A stretch of 64,000 nt of DNA from an uncultured Gammaproteobacteria bacterium (GTDB lineage Bacteria; Patescibacteriota; Patescibacteriia; VMEV01; CAYQCH01). The DNA lies in contig CAYGRO010000004.1 of assembly GCA_964352335.1 (NCBI GenBank), positions 42,970-106,969 on the forward strand. Reading direction: 5' to 3'. The notes under the pieces are model-generated. The model worked only from the letters and a program-made list of their open reading frames with translations, did no database searches and had not been told where the DNA came from. This document shows positions 50,601-58,743 of the stretch, in pieces. The position numbers were made by a program, and so were the translations under genes. The first letter of the stretch is position 1. Each line of letters starts with the position of its first letter.

Positions 50601-51032
50601 TTAGTGGTTGGGGAGGCTTTGTGATTTCGAAGTGGCCGGGGCTACTTCAGTGGTGTCGATGGGCTTGAAGTCTGGTCCAAGCAGGCGACGATTAATGCGA
50701 TTGCCTTTTTGGTCCGTCGTGAGCTCGATGTAGTTTTCACCAACCTTACGATAGTGGATCAAGTAGTTTGAGTTACTCATTCCGGTGGGGCCCGTTTGTG
50801 AGGGGCTTGGGTCAAGTAGGTTGACCGGTTCCGGAGGAGCTACCGTGAGCAGCTTAGTCACATCAATTGGTGAGAAGAGCGGTTGGGGCTCATCTTGCTT
50901 GTCCTGCACCGTAGCAGGTACTGATGGTTCATTCTGCAGATTCTGGAGATATTGGATCCCGCCACAGAGGCAAATGTCAAAGATGAGCAAGCAAATGCCC
51001 AAGAGGCACAAAGACTTATCTTCTTTATTCAT
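50601..51032 (-). CDS. Single-TM orphan protein, paralog of upstream neighbour
   Basis: TM, Pro-rich linker, motif VGENYIELTTDQKGNRINR. Confidence 0.65.
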   Translation of the reverse strand: MNKEDKSLCLLGICLLIFDICLCGGIQYLQNLQNEPSVPATVQDKQDEPQPLFSPIDVTKLLTVAPPEPVNLLDPSPSQTGPTGMSNSNYLIHYRKVGENYIELTTDQKGNRINRRLLGPDFKPIDTTEVAPATSKSQSLPNH

Positions 51033-51409
51033 CTGGTCTTTTCCTTTTCTGTGGTAACGAACTCTCTGCGGATCTCGTTACCATTTTGGTCTTGGTAGAT
51101 TTTGAAGGTGTTTTTTCCCACCTGCACGGTAATCACGAATTGAGCTGTTGAGAATGATCCAGCTCTCGAGTGACCCGACTCTTGTGCGGCTACACCGCTA
51201 CTAAGCCCAACAATATTACTGTTGAGGTTGACGGTGATGATGGTGGGGATGGGGCTGGCAATTATTTGCTGCGCCATTGGCGCCTTCTTCTTGGTTCGCC
51301 GTTCCGTATCGAGGTTCGTCATGACCAAGAAGAAAGGATAGTAGATGGTGAGCAAAACGATACCCACTTTGATCCAGTACTTTTCTTCTTCCCAGTTTTC
51401 GTTCTTCAC
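51029..51409 (-). CDS. Single-TM orphan protein
   Basis: GTG 51409 downstream of a TATGAT -10-like site; motif VGKNTFKIYQDQNGNEIRR; ATGA overlap with next gene. Confidence 0.6.
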   Translation of the reverse strand: MKNENWEEEKYWIKVGIVLLTIYYPFFLVMTNLDTERRTKKKAPMAQQIIASPIPTIITVNLNSNIVGLSSGVAAQESGHSRAGSFSTAQFVITVQVGKNTFKIYQDQNGNEIRREFVTTEKEKTR

Positions 51410-51483
51410 TTTGTTTTTACTTTCGTTTAGTGTTTTTCTACAAAGTTCATCATACAGCATTATTCTTGCACAGTGAATTCTAC

Positions 51484-51915
51484 AGAAAAAGGAACGGCCG
51501 CGACACCAAAGGGGAGGTGTCGCGGCCGCTTGCCCGAGGGCATAAGGGGATATGGAGAGCATCGGAGGACGCTCATTGTGGGAGTCCCTAGTTCAAATGA
51601 TTGTTCCACAGCGTTCTTCCTGGTTTCGCTATGGGTCATCTGCACGGGGCCAAGATGGTATACGGGGCTTCACCAACGAGGTTTAGCACGGTCTACGATC
51701 TTATTGGCTGTTCGGGACATGTGTAGGTGGCTGCGTCCCCCAAGAATCATTGGAAAGTGGGGGAGAGGGGGACGCAGCCTTAGTTTTGTAGCTGTCTCAG
51801 AGCAAGGAATCGATGGGGATGGACGGCTAAGCTAATTCGTTTTCGCTTTGCCTACATCAAACTCCACAGTGGTATTCAACGACTTTCCGGTGTTTTTAGC
51901 TCTGAGACAACAGAA
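51484..51915 (-). ncRNA. Candidate ~430-nt structured RNA divergent from fur
   Basis: TTGACA at 51949-51944 (minus); three 13-bp stems; last followed by T-rich tail on minus strand. Confidence 0.5.
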
Positions 51916-51952
51916 AAAATATATTTGCATAGTTATTAAACAATGTCAAGAC

Positions 51953-51996
51953 TTGCTATTGAGGAAAATCTATGATAAATTTGAGAATAGTTATCA
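51953..51996 (+). promoter_or_regulatory. fur promoter with Fur-box-like operator
   Basis: TTGCTA-17 nt-TAAATT (TG extension); TGAGAAT-A-GTTATCA (51982-51996) has 2 mismatches to TGATAAT-N-ATTATCA. Confidence 0.7.
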
Positions 51997-52029
51997 ATTT
52001 AACAAGTTTTTTAGCTAAATTTAGCCAAA

Positions 52030-52413
52030 ATGTCTTATCAAACTAGTCAAAAACAAGCGATTTTACAGCATGTGATGCTTTCTAAAAGTCATCCAACAGC
52101 TGATGAAGTCTTTAAAGCAGTCAAATCTGACCTGCCTAGTATTGGTTTTGCCACGGTTTATAGAAATTTAGCGACTTTAGCGAAAGAAGGAAAAATCAAA
52201 GAAGTACAATTTATTGATAAAAAGAAAAGATACGAAGGAAATACCCATCAACATCAACATTTTATTTGTACAAAATGTGAACGTATTGTTGATATGGAAT
52301 TATCTGAATTACTCAATATCAAAGACGCTGTTACAAAAATGCAATGTCATGAGGTGACAGAATATAATCTCGAATTAATTGGTATTTGCGCTGTTTGTAC
52401 AACTGACCACTAA
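52030..52413 (+). CDS. Fur/PerR family transcriptional repressor
   Basis: HPTADEV, ATVYRNL, HQHFICTKC, GICAVC. Confidence 0.95.
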   Translation: MSYQTSQKQAILQHVMLSKSHPTADEVFKAVKSDLPSIGFATVYRNLATLAKEGKIKEVQFIDKKKRYEGNTHQHQHFICTKCERIVDMELSELLNIKDAVTKMQCHEVTEYNLELIGICAVCTTDH

Positions 52414-52529
52414 CCACTGACGACTGACCACTGACGACTGACCACTGACCACTGACCAATGACAGCTGACTACTGACAATAAACAGTTTAATGTATAGTC
52501 AGTAGTTAATTGTCAGTTGTTCGTTGTAG
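52402..52529. repeat. Heptamer array (12 actgacc-like units) with shorter inverted arm
   Basis: actgacc actaacc actgacg ... ataaaca; then tcagtag ttaattg tcagttg ttcgttg. Confidence 0.9.
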
Positions 52530-52532
52530 AAT

Positions 52533-53666
52533 ATGAAACGAATTTATCTAGACCATGCCGCCACGACTCCAATCGACTCAGAAGTTGCTAATGCTATGCA
52601 ACCTTTTTTGACTGAGCAATTTGGAAATCCTTCTTCTCTTCATCAAGAAGGGAAACAGGCAAGACTTGCTTTAGAAGAAGCTCGAGCAAAGATTGCTACT
52701 TTTTTACATGCACAAAATGAAGAAATAATTTTTACAGGTTCTGGGACAGAAAGTTGTAATCTTGCAATTGTTGGAGTTGCTTATGCTCAAAAAGAAAAAG
52801 GGAAACATCTTATCACAACAAAGGTAGAGCATCATGCTGTTTTAGAATCATTTGAATATTTAGAAAAACAAGGTTGGCAAATTACTTGGTTAGATGTCGA
52901 CGAATTTGGAATGGTCAATGCAAATGATGTGGCCAATGCGATTACTGATCAAACTGTTCTGGTCAGTATTATCATGGCCAATAATGAAGTTGGATCCATT
53001 AACCCTATTAAAGAAATTAATCGACGAGCGAAACAAAAGAATCCAAATGTCCTTGTTCATACAGATGCTTGCCAAGCTACTGGTTATCTAAAACTTGATG
53101 TGAAAAGCCTTGGAGTTGATTTACTTACTATCAATGCTTCTAAAATATACGGGCCAAAAGGAGTTGGTGTTTTGTATAAACAAAAATTAGTTAAACTCGA
53201 TCCTGTCATCCACGGAGGCGGGCAAGAAAAAGGTTTACATTCTGGAACACAAAATGTCCCAGCTATAGTTGGGTTTGCAAAAGCGGTAGAACTGATTAAT
53301 CTAGAGCCTGAATCAATCAAAGAATTACGAGATGAGTTTATTCAATTACTTCAAAAAGAAATCCCATCAATTGTGGTCAACGGTCATTTGGAAAAACGTC
53401 TCCCAAATAATGTAAATGTAAGTATCCCAGCAGTAGATGGGGAGACATTAGTAATCTTTTTAGATCAAAAAGGAATTGCTTGTTCAACAGCCGCTGCCTG
53501 TACAACCGCTTCAACTGAACCATCACATGTATTACTTGCCATGGGAAAAACAGAAGAAGAAGCCAAAAGCTCACTTAGATTCACCCTCGGAAAATCAACC
53601 ACAAAAGAAGATTTACAATATACCGTTGAAAAACTAAAAGAATCAATCCAAACCCTTTCTAAATAA
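52533..53666 (+). CDS. iscS: Cysteine desulfurase (IscS/NifS family)
   Basis: IYLDHAATTP, HTDACQ, SKIYGPKG, STAAACT. Confidence 0.93.
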   Translation: MKRIYLDHAATTPIDSEVANAMQPFLTEQFGNPSSLHQEGKQARLALEEARAKIATFLHAQNEEIIFTGSGTESCNLAIVGVAYAQKEKGKHLITTKVEHHAVLESFEYLEKQGWQITWLDVDEFGMVNANDVANAITDQTVLVSIIMANNEVGSINPIKEINRRAKQKNPNVLVHTDACQATGYLKLDVKSLGVDLLTINASKIYGPKGVGVLYKQKLVKLDPVIHGGGQEKGLHSGTQNVPAIVGFAKAVELINLEPESIKELRDEFIQLLQKEIPSIVVNGHLEKRLPNNVNVSIPAVDGETLVIFLDQKGIACSTAAACTTASTEPSHVLLAMGKTEEEAKSSLRFTLGKSTTKEDLQYTVEKLKESIQTLSK

Positions 53667-53668
53667 TA

Positions 53669-53700
53669 TTTTACGCTTTACCAATTTACGCTTTTACATT
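53669..53700. repeat. Octamer tttac tract (single arm)
   Basis: tttacgc tttaccaa tttacgct tttacatt before ATG 53703. Confidence 0.65.
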
Positions 53701-53702
53701 CT

Positions 53703-54347
53703 ATGGCCCTATGTGCCCACCACAAACATGATAATGTCGACGGGATCGTGAGAAACGAGCCTTGGGTTGATACTGAGCGAGATTTTGTGAAAGTTTGTCA
53801 TTGTGAGCTTTGTACAAAAGGGAAAGCCGATGAAATCATCGAAACACTTCGAAAACATTTTACAGGGACAACTATGCAATTAGTTGCATCACCTAGCCCT
53901 GGTTCTACTTGCAAAAGAGGGAATAGCGTTATTATTAATGACCAAGTGGCGGTGATTACTGATTTGAATAATTTAGGGCAAAGAATTGATAAAGAAGTAG
54001 AAAGACAAAGGTTACAAAGACAAGATCATCCAGAAGAGAATAAAGATGTGATTAAAGTTTGTTTTGGTCCTAGTTGTGGACATAAAGGAGCAGAAGAAAT
54101 CGAAAAAAATCTTTGGAAACAATATAGTAAGAATGATGATGTAAGAATTATGCGATGCGGGTGTACAGGAAATTGTGCGCAAGCAAATAATGTGGTTGTA
54201 AATGACAATATTATCAATCGCCAAAGTCCATTGAGAGTGTTCAATAATGTCGAAATTGAATTAAGTAAACAAAGAAAAGAAAAAGCTCGAAATTCTGGTC
54301 CATTAACCATGGATGAGGCGGAAGATATTTTGGGGTTGGGGTTTTAA
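53703..54347 (+). CDS. Tandem thioredoxin-like [2Fe-2S] ferredoxin domain protein
   Basis: KVCHCELC..KG.A and KVCFGPSC..KGA...CGCTGNC repeats. Confidence 0.7.
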   Translation: MALCAHHKHDNVDGIVRNEPWVDTERDFVKVCHCELCTKGKADEIIETLRKHFTGTTMQLVASPSPGSTCKRGNSVIINDQVAVITDLNNLGQRIDKEVERQRLQRQDHPEENKDVIKVCFGPSCGHKGAEEIEKNLWKQYSKNDDVRIMRCGCTGNCAQANNVVVNDNIINRQSPLRVFNNVEIELSKQRKEKARNSGPLTMDEAEDILGLGF

Positions 54348-54450
54348 AATACCTCCCCTCAATCCCCTCCTAACTTAGGAGGGGAAGGTACGAGACTGTT
54401 TATCTTGTTCCTCCTCCCCTTTGCTAAGGGGGAGGTCGGGAGGGGGTATT
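54348..54450. repeat. GC-rich palindromic element
   Basis: aatacctccc..cccctcctaacttaggagggg / ctcccctttgctaagggggag..gggagggggtatt. Confidence 0.8.
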
Positions 54451-54482
54451 GATCAGCATTATTCAAGTGATAAAACATAAAT

Positions 54483-54806
54483 ATGCCAGTACGAATGTAC
54501 GAAGAAAATGAAATACATGAATGTAAAACTTGTGGTTTAATGCTACAGGTTTCTTTGGCTGCTGTTCCGATTGAACCGCTTATTTGTTGTGGGAGCTTAA
54601 TGGCATATTTAAAAAAGCATGAAAAACCAGAAGAAGTATTTGATCTGACACAAAAACCAGTTTTACCAAATGCTAAAGAAACTATTTATACAAAAGGGGA
54701 GAAATATACTTGTTCGCTTTGTGGTATTGAAGTTCTTATTCTTAGAACATCTCAACCTATTGATATGCTCGATTGTTGCGGAGAAGGTATGGAATTAATG
54801 AACTAA
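54483..54806 (+). CDS. Tandem desulforedoxin-like (CxxC...CC) protein
   Basis: CKTCG..ICCG..M and CSLCG..DCCG..M. Confidence 0.75.
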   Translation: MPVRMYEENEIHECKTCGLMLQVSLAAVPIEPLICCGSLMAYLKKHEKPEEVFDLTQKPVLPNAKETIYTKGEKYTCSLCGIEVLILRTSQPIDMLDCCGEGMELMN

Positions 54807-54842
54807 CTAATGTGTTTGTCTTGTATTAGGTACTAGACGAGC

Positions 54843-55427
54843 ATGCTATTTAAATCATTAAGACAAAAAATTATGGAAGACCATGATATGATGCATTTCT
54901 CTCCACGTTTGGTGGGAAATCCTGCTCCATTATGGAAAATGGACGGAGTTAAAAAAGAAGATTTTCACTCTCACTCACTAGAAGATTATAAAGGAAAATG
55001 GTTGGTAATGTTTTTTTACCCATTAGATTTTACCTTTGTTTGTCCAACAGAAATTAAAGGTTTTGATAAAGAAGTAGAAAAATTCCGAGAAATGAATGCA
55101 GAAGTTGTAGGTGTTTCTACAGATTCAGTTCATTCTCATAAAGCATGGATTGCTCGAGACTTTGGTGGAGAGCTCAATATCCCATTGCTTTCAGATATGA
55201 CAAAAAATGTTGCTTACGACTATGGAGTTCTTTTAGAAGATGAAGGAATTGCTTTACGAGGAACATTTATTATCGACCCAGAAGGAGTTGTAAAATACGC
55301 TGTTGTTTCTGACAATAATGTAGGACGTTCTGTTTCTGAAACTTTACGTGTTCTAAAAGCATTACAATCTGGTGACCTTTGTCCAATTGATTGGGAAGAA
55401 GGACAAGATACTTTAGGGAAGGCTTAA
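54843..55427 (+). CDS. ahpC: 2-Cys peroxiredoxin (AhpC/Prx1)
   Basis: FYPLDFTFVCPTE, LRGTFIID, LCPIDW; start may be downstream. Confidence 0.93.
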   Translation: MLFKSLRQKIMEDHDMMHFSPRLVGNPAPLWKMDGVKKEDFHSHSLEDYKGKWLVMFFYPLDFTFVCPTEIKGFDKEVEKFREMNAEVVGVSTDSVHSHKAWIARDFGGELNIPLLSDMTKNVAYDYGVLLEDEGIALRGTFIIDPEGVVKYAVVSDNNVGRSVSETLRVLKALQSGDLCPIDWEEGQDTLGKA

Positions 55428-55458
55428 ATCAATGGATCAATAAACAATGATCAATTAG

Positions 55459-55488
55459 CAAAAAGCGCTCGTTTGGGCGCTTTTTTGT
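55459..55488 (+). terminator. Intrinsic terminator after ahpC
   Basis: aaaaagcgctc-gttt-gggcgctttttt. Confidence 0.8.
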
Positions 55489-55489
55489 G

Positions 55490-55518
55490 TTGACAAAAAA
55501 GAAAAAATATGCTATCAT
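55490..55518 (+). promoter_or_regulatory. Sigma70 promoter
   Basis: TTGACA-17 nt-TATCAT with TG extension. Confidence 0.75.
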
Positions 55519-55545
55519 TTTCCCAGTCTTGTTCCTGGAGGATGT

Positions 55546-55794
55546 ATGACTCGACTGGCTATTAGCTACTATTGTGATGAGTTGGGCTCAGAGGCATTGG
55601 TTCGCTTGATCAAGCGATCCATGGATAGGCGCGAAGAGATTCGCGTTCATCTGGAAGGTCGTCTTCCTGTTATCTGTATTCCCACTCCGATGAACGGAGA
55701 TATATCACCTGACGGTAGCATCTTTTGGGTAAAAGCGCATGAGCGGTATTTCCTCTCTCGTGCATTGACCCAAGTCGACGTTTTTGTCGACTAG
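55546..55794 (+). CDS. Hypothetical 82-aa orphan
   Basis: SD ggagga, own promoter. Confidence 0.65.
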   Translation: MTRLAISYYCDELGSEALVRLIKRSMDRREEIRVHLEGRLPVICIPTPMNGDISPDGSIFWVKAHERYFLSRALTQVDVFVD

Positions 55795-55796
55795 TC

Positions 55797-56012
55797 GCTC
55801 ATTTGAGCAATAGTTGTACTGAGCTAACCCTCAGAACGAATGGTCGACATTTGTCGGCAACAATACAAAGAGGTTAGATGCTTTGTATTTCCGCGTTTAA
55901 CGACGTATACAGGGAAACCTGTTTAACAAGTCTTGGCGGTCGGACTAAAGTGATCGCACTTCAAGCCAGAAATGGCTACTTGCAGACATTGCCTTGCGCC
56001 GTGTCTGCTTTT
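55797..56012 (+). ncRNA. Candidate structured RNA tail (chain of short hairpins)
   Basis: About eight stems incl. acagg-gaaa-cctgt and agcca-gaaa-tggct. Confidence 0.4.
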
Positions 56013-56055
56013 ACGTTTGGGCGCTTTTTTGTTTTTAAATTGAATTCATGTTTAA

Positions 56056-56871
56056 ATGAAACCTATGTCAACAGAAAAAACGTGGGAACAATTTTATAAA
56101 AACAATGACGGGATCTATTCTTCGGGTCATTTTTCTGATAGGAAAGATATTGATGGGCAGATTTATAATAACTATCAAATAGCTTATCGAGAAGAATTAT
56201 TGAAGTATTCTGGAAAAGAATTAGCTGTTGAGCTTGGTTGTGGGAATAAACCAATTTTTGAAGTGCTGGGGCATTTTGACTCAGTTTACTATACGGATAT
56301 TTCAAAAGAAGCTTTGGTTCAAGCAAAAAAGGCATTTGAAGCATTGGATACGAGTAAACTAATAACAGATTCAGTCTATTTTGAAGAAATGAATGTAGAT
56401 TCTTTTTTACTTTTTGATAACGACTCTCTTGATCTCGTCTTTAATACAAGGGCACCACATAGAGATGAGACTTCGAAGGAATTGTATCGAACACTCAAAG
56501 ATGATGGAGTTTATGTTTATCAAACAATAGGGGAAGAAGATTTCAAAGATTTTAAGCTTTTGTTACAAGATGGTCGGTTTTATGATGATTATTTGAAACT
56601 AGGGAAAACAAGATTTCAGGTTGTAAAAGAATCACTTATCCAAGCTAGTTTTAATCAAGACAATATTGAGCTTATTTTTGATGATCGATATAAAAACTAC
56701 TTTGACTCAAAAGAAGAATTTAAAGAAAAACTTTGGTTATTAGTTGGTGACTTCAATTTTGATTCTCCTGAGCTTGATAAGGTTATCGATGAATATATTG
56801 ATTCACATACAAATGAAGAAGGGAAGATTTGGGTGGAGAATCATCGAATTGTTATTAAGGCTGTAAAATAA
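56056..56871 (+). CDS. Class I SAM-dependent methyltransferase
   Basis: VELGCG, TDIS, DSLDLV, LYRTLKDDG. Confidence 0.85.
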   Translation: MKPMSTEKTWEQFYKNNDGIYSSGHFSDRKDIDGQIYNNYQIAYREELLKYSGKELAVELGCGNKPIFEVLGHFDSVYYTDISKEALVQAKKAFEALDTSKLITDSVYFEEMNVDSFLLFDNDSLDLVFNTRAPHRDETSKELYRTLKDDGVYVYQTIGEEDFKDFKLLLQDGRFYDDYLKLGKTRFQVVKESLIQASFNQDNIELIFDDRYKNYFDSKEEFKEKLWLLVGDFNFDSPELDKVIDEYIDSHTNEEGKIWVENHRIVIKAVK

Positions 56872-56874
56872 CCA

Positions 56875-56939
56875 TGTCATTCCCGCGAAGGCGGGAATCT
56901 ATCTGGAATGATGAGATACCTGCCTCCGCAGGTATGACA
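56875..56939. repeat. REP/dRS3-like palindromic element
   Basis: tgtcattcccgcgaaggcgggaatct ... agatacctgcctccgcaggtatgaca. Confidence 0.8.
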
Positions 56940-56947
56940 GCTTAAAT

Positions 56948-57610
56948 ATGCCAATCAAAATCCACCCATCCTGGAAAAGTAAATTATCACAAGAATTTGA
57001 AAAACTTTACTTCAAAGAGCTTTCTGATTTTGTAAAAAATGAGTATTTGACCAAGCGAGTTTATCCACCGCCCAAACAAATGTTTTCAGCCTTTGACCAT
57101 GCGCCATTTGATAATGTGCGAGTAGTTATTCTTGGGCAAGATCCTTACCATGGGCCAAATCAAGCGAATGGGCTTTGTTTTTCGGTGAGTGATGGAGTGA
57201 AGATTCCACCGTCATTGAGAAATATTTACAAAGAATTAGAATCTGACCTTGGAATTGTTCCTAATGAATCTGGGAATCTAGAAAGATGGGCAGAACAGGG
57301 AGTTTTTTTATTAAATGCGACTTTATCAGTTTTAGCTGGCCAAGCTGGGTCACATCAAAAGAAAGGGTGGGAAGAGTTTACAGATGCTGTGATTAAAACG
57401 CTTTCGGATGAACGTGAGCACCTTGTTTTTATCCTCTGGGGCGCTTATGCGCAACAAAAGGGGGTGGTGATAGATACAAGCAAGCACTTGGTTCTTAAGT
57501 CGCCACATCCTTCTCCATTTAGCGCGCATAGTGGTTTTTTTGGAAGTAAACCTTTTTCAAAAACGAATACTTATTTAACAGAGCATGGTTTTGAGCCAAT
57601 TGCTTGGTAA
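56948..57610 (+). CDS. ung: Uracil-DNA glycosylase family 1
   Basis: GQDPYH, PPSLRNI, HPSPFS. Confidence 0.98.
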   Translation: MPIKIHPSWKSKLSQEFEKLYFKELSDFVKNEYLTKRVYPPPKQMFSAFDHAPFDNVRVVILGQDPYHGPNQANGLCFSVSDGVKIPPSLRNIYKELESDLGIVPNESGNLERWAEQGVFLLNATLSVLAGQAGSHQKKGWEEFTDAVIKTLSDEREHLVFILWGAYAQQKGVVIDTSKHLVLKSPHPSPFSAHSGFFGSKPFSKTNTYLTEHGFEPIAW

Positions 57611-57722
57611 GTTATCAACAATTGTTTGAAAAATGTAGAAATGTTAAAGTGTTTTCACTCGTCTCGTCGTGGGCATCGGCCCTCGGCGTTTTTCATTCCC
57701 GCAGTTAGATAAGGGGGGACAA

Positions 57723-58265
57723 TTGACCGAATCGAATGACCGTATTTTGCCTGAGGAGTTCTACAAGCTTCTCATGCACTCCATAACCGAACAACTGGCA
57801 ATGCTCAAGATTTCTGTCGATGCGACAGAGGAAGACTTTGTTCGCCAGCTGCTCAGGATCATCACCTCACTCCATCAAGTTCGTCGCATGCTCACCCAGC
57901 ATGATCCGCGCTTGAAGGAGATGATTGGTCAGATCATCGAGGAAGATGACTACTCTGATCCTGAGCTCGAGACTCGGCGTGCGGAGCGTGATGAGTTGAG
58001 CCAAGACTTCCTCGACGACGTCGAGATTGACCCGACGGACTTCCGTCTGGCGGAGACGCTGGTGCTTCTCGGGCAGTCCACCGGCTCGCTTCCTCCTTTG
58101 GACACCATTGACTTGGTCCAAAAGTTCTCGCGAGAGGCACTTGGGATCGGGCTCACCGTGGCCAACCAGGCAGGGGAATGCGAAGAAGTTTTCGTTCATC
58201 GCATCGTCAGCGTCATCAACGGCGAGATGGCTAGAAGCAGTTCTGCCGTTAAGGCGCTCACGTAA
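57723..58265 (+). CDS. Hypothetical acidic helical protein (GC-rich orphan)
   Basis: TTG 57723 after aagggggga; hairpin 58273-58306 after stop. Confidence 0.6.
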   Translation: MTESNDRILPEEFYKLLMHSITEQLAMLKISVDATEEDFVRQLLRIITSLHQVRRMLTQHDPRLKEMIGQIIEEDDYSDPELETRRAERDELSQDFLDDVEIDPTDFRLAETLVLLGQSTGSLPPLDTIDLVQKFSREALGIGLTVANQAGECEEVFVHRIVSVINGEMARSSSAVKALT

Positions 58266-58318
58266 GCAACCATCCCTCTCAGCTGGCACGCGCTGGCTGA
58301 GAGGGGAAACATTATTAG

Positions 58319-58327
58319 TTATCCACA
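58319..58327 (+). promoter_or_regulatory. DnaA box upstream of nrd locus
   Basis: Perfect TTATCCACA. Confidence 0.5.
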
Positions 58328-58436
58328 GTTTGATTTGAAAGTAATCTGATTTCTTAAAAATTAGGCAATTTGGTCACGGCTATGAGTTTGTGTTAGAATG
58401 TAATCACTCACAAAGGATAACGTCTAGACCTTTCGT

Positions 58437-58486
58437 ACCACAACATGTTGTGGTATTATAAACCCAGAGGTCACTATATCTAGCAA
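58437..58486 (+). promoter_or_regulatory. Tandem NrdR-box-like operators
   Basis: accacaacatgttgtggt and tcactatatctagcaa, 33 bp apart, downstream of TG-t-TAGAAT (-10 at 58394-58399). Confidence 0.7.
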
Positions 58487-58622
58487 ACTGGGTTTGACGA
58501 AAAACCAGATCGGACGAGACCCTCTCATTGATCTACATACAATCGAGAATACGTCCCGCGATGTGGTTTTTTGTATGGGAAAATTTAGTTTCTCCCAATT
58601 AATTGAGTTCTTCAACTGCGGT

Positions 58623-58731
58623 ATGATTCGAATTTACGAATTAATACTAATCTACAAATATCATTATAAAGAGGGTTATTTGCAGATTCGAATGTATTCG
58701 TAAATTAGCATCACCATTTGCAATAAAATAA
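58623..58731. repeat. Inverted cgaat/attcg repeat element
   Basis: Near-copy of 47484-47589. Confidence 0.8.
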
Positions 58732-58743
58732 ACAGTTACCCCT

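Larger units (their letters stand above)
55470..56032. mobile_element. Putative inserted cassette bounded by 19-bp direct repeats
   Basis: cgtttgggcgcttttttgt at 55470-55488 and 56014-56032. Confidence 0.5.

Noticed and set aside
51670-51720. tmRNA tag (ANKIV resemblance)
   Set aside because: No tRNA-like ends and no Ala-rich C-terminus.
51890-51912. Cas9 repeat/tracrRNA likeness (gtctcagagcta)
   Set aside because: Short partial match, no array or cas9.
52402-52485. CRISPR array
   Set aside because: Units are 7 nt with no spacers; no cas genes.
57610-58340. Direct repeats around the 57723 orphan
   Set aside because: Similarity is gapped and mostly explained by DnaA-box-like motifs.
58488-58575. 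Cobalamin riboswitch
   Set aside because: B12-box and conserved core not recognisable; only a simple hairpin.
58494-58703. 69-aa ORF before nrdJ
   Set aside because: Runs through the hairpin and repeat element; no coding features.
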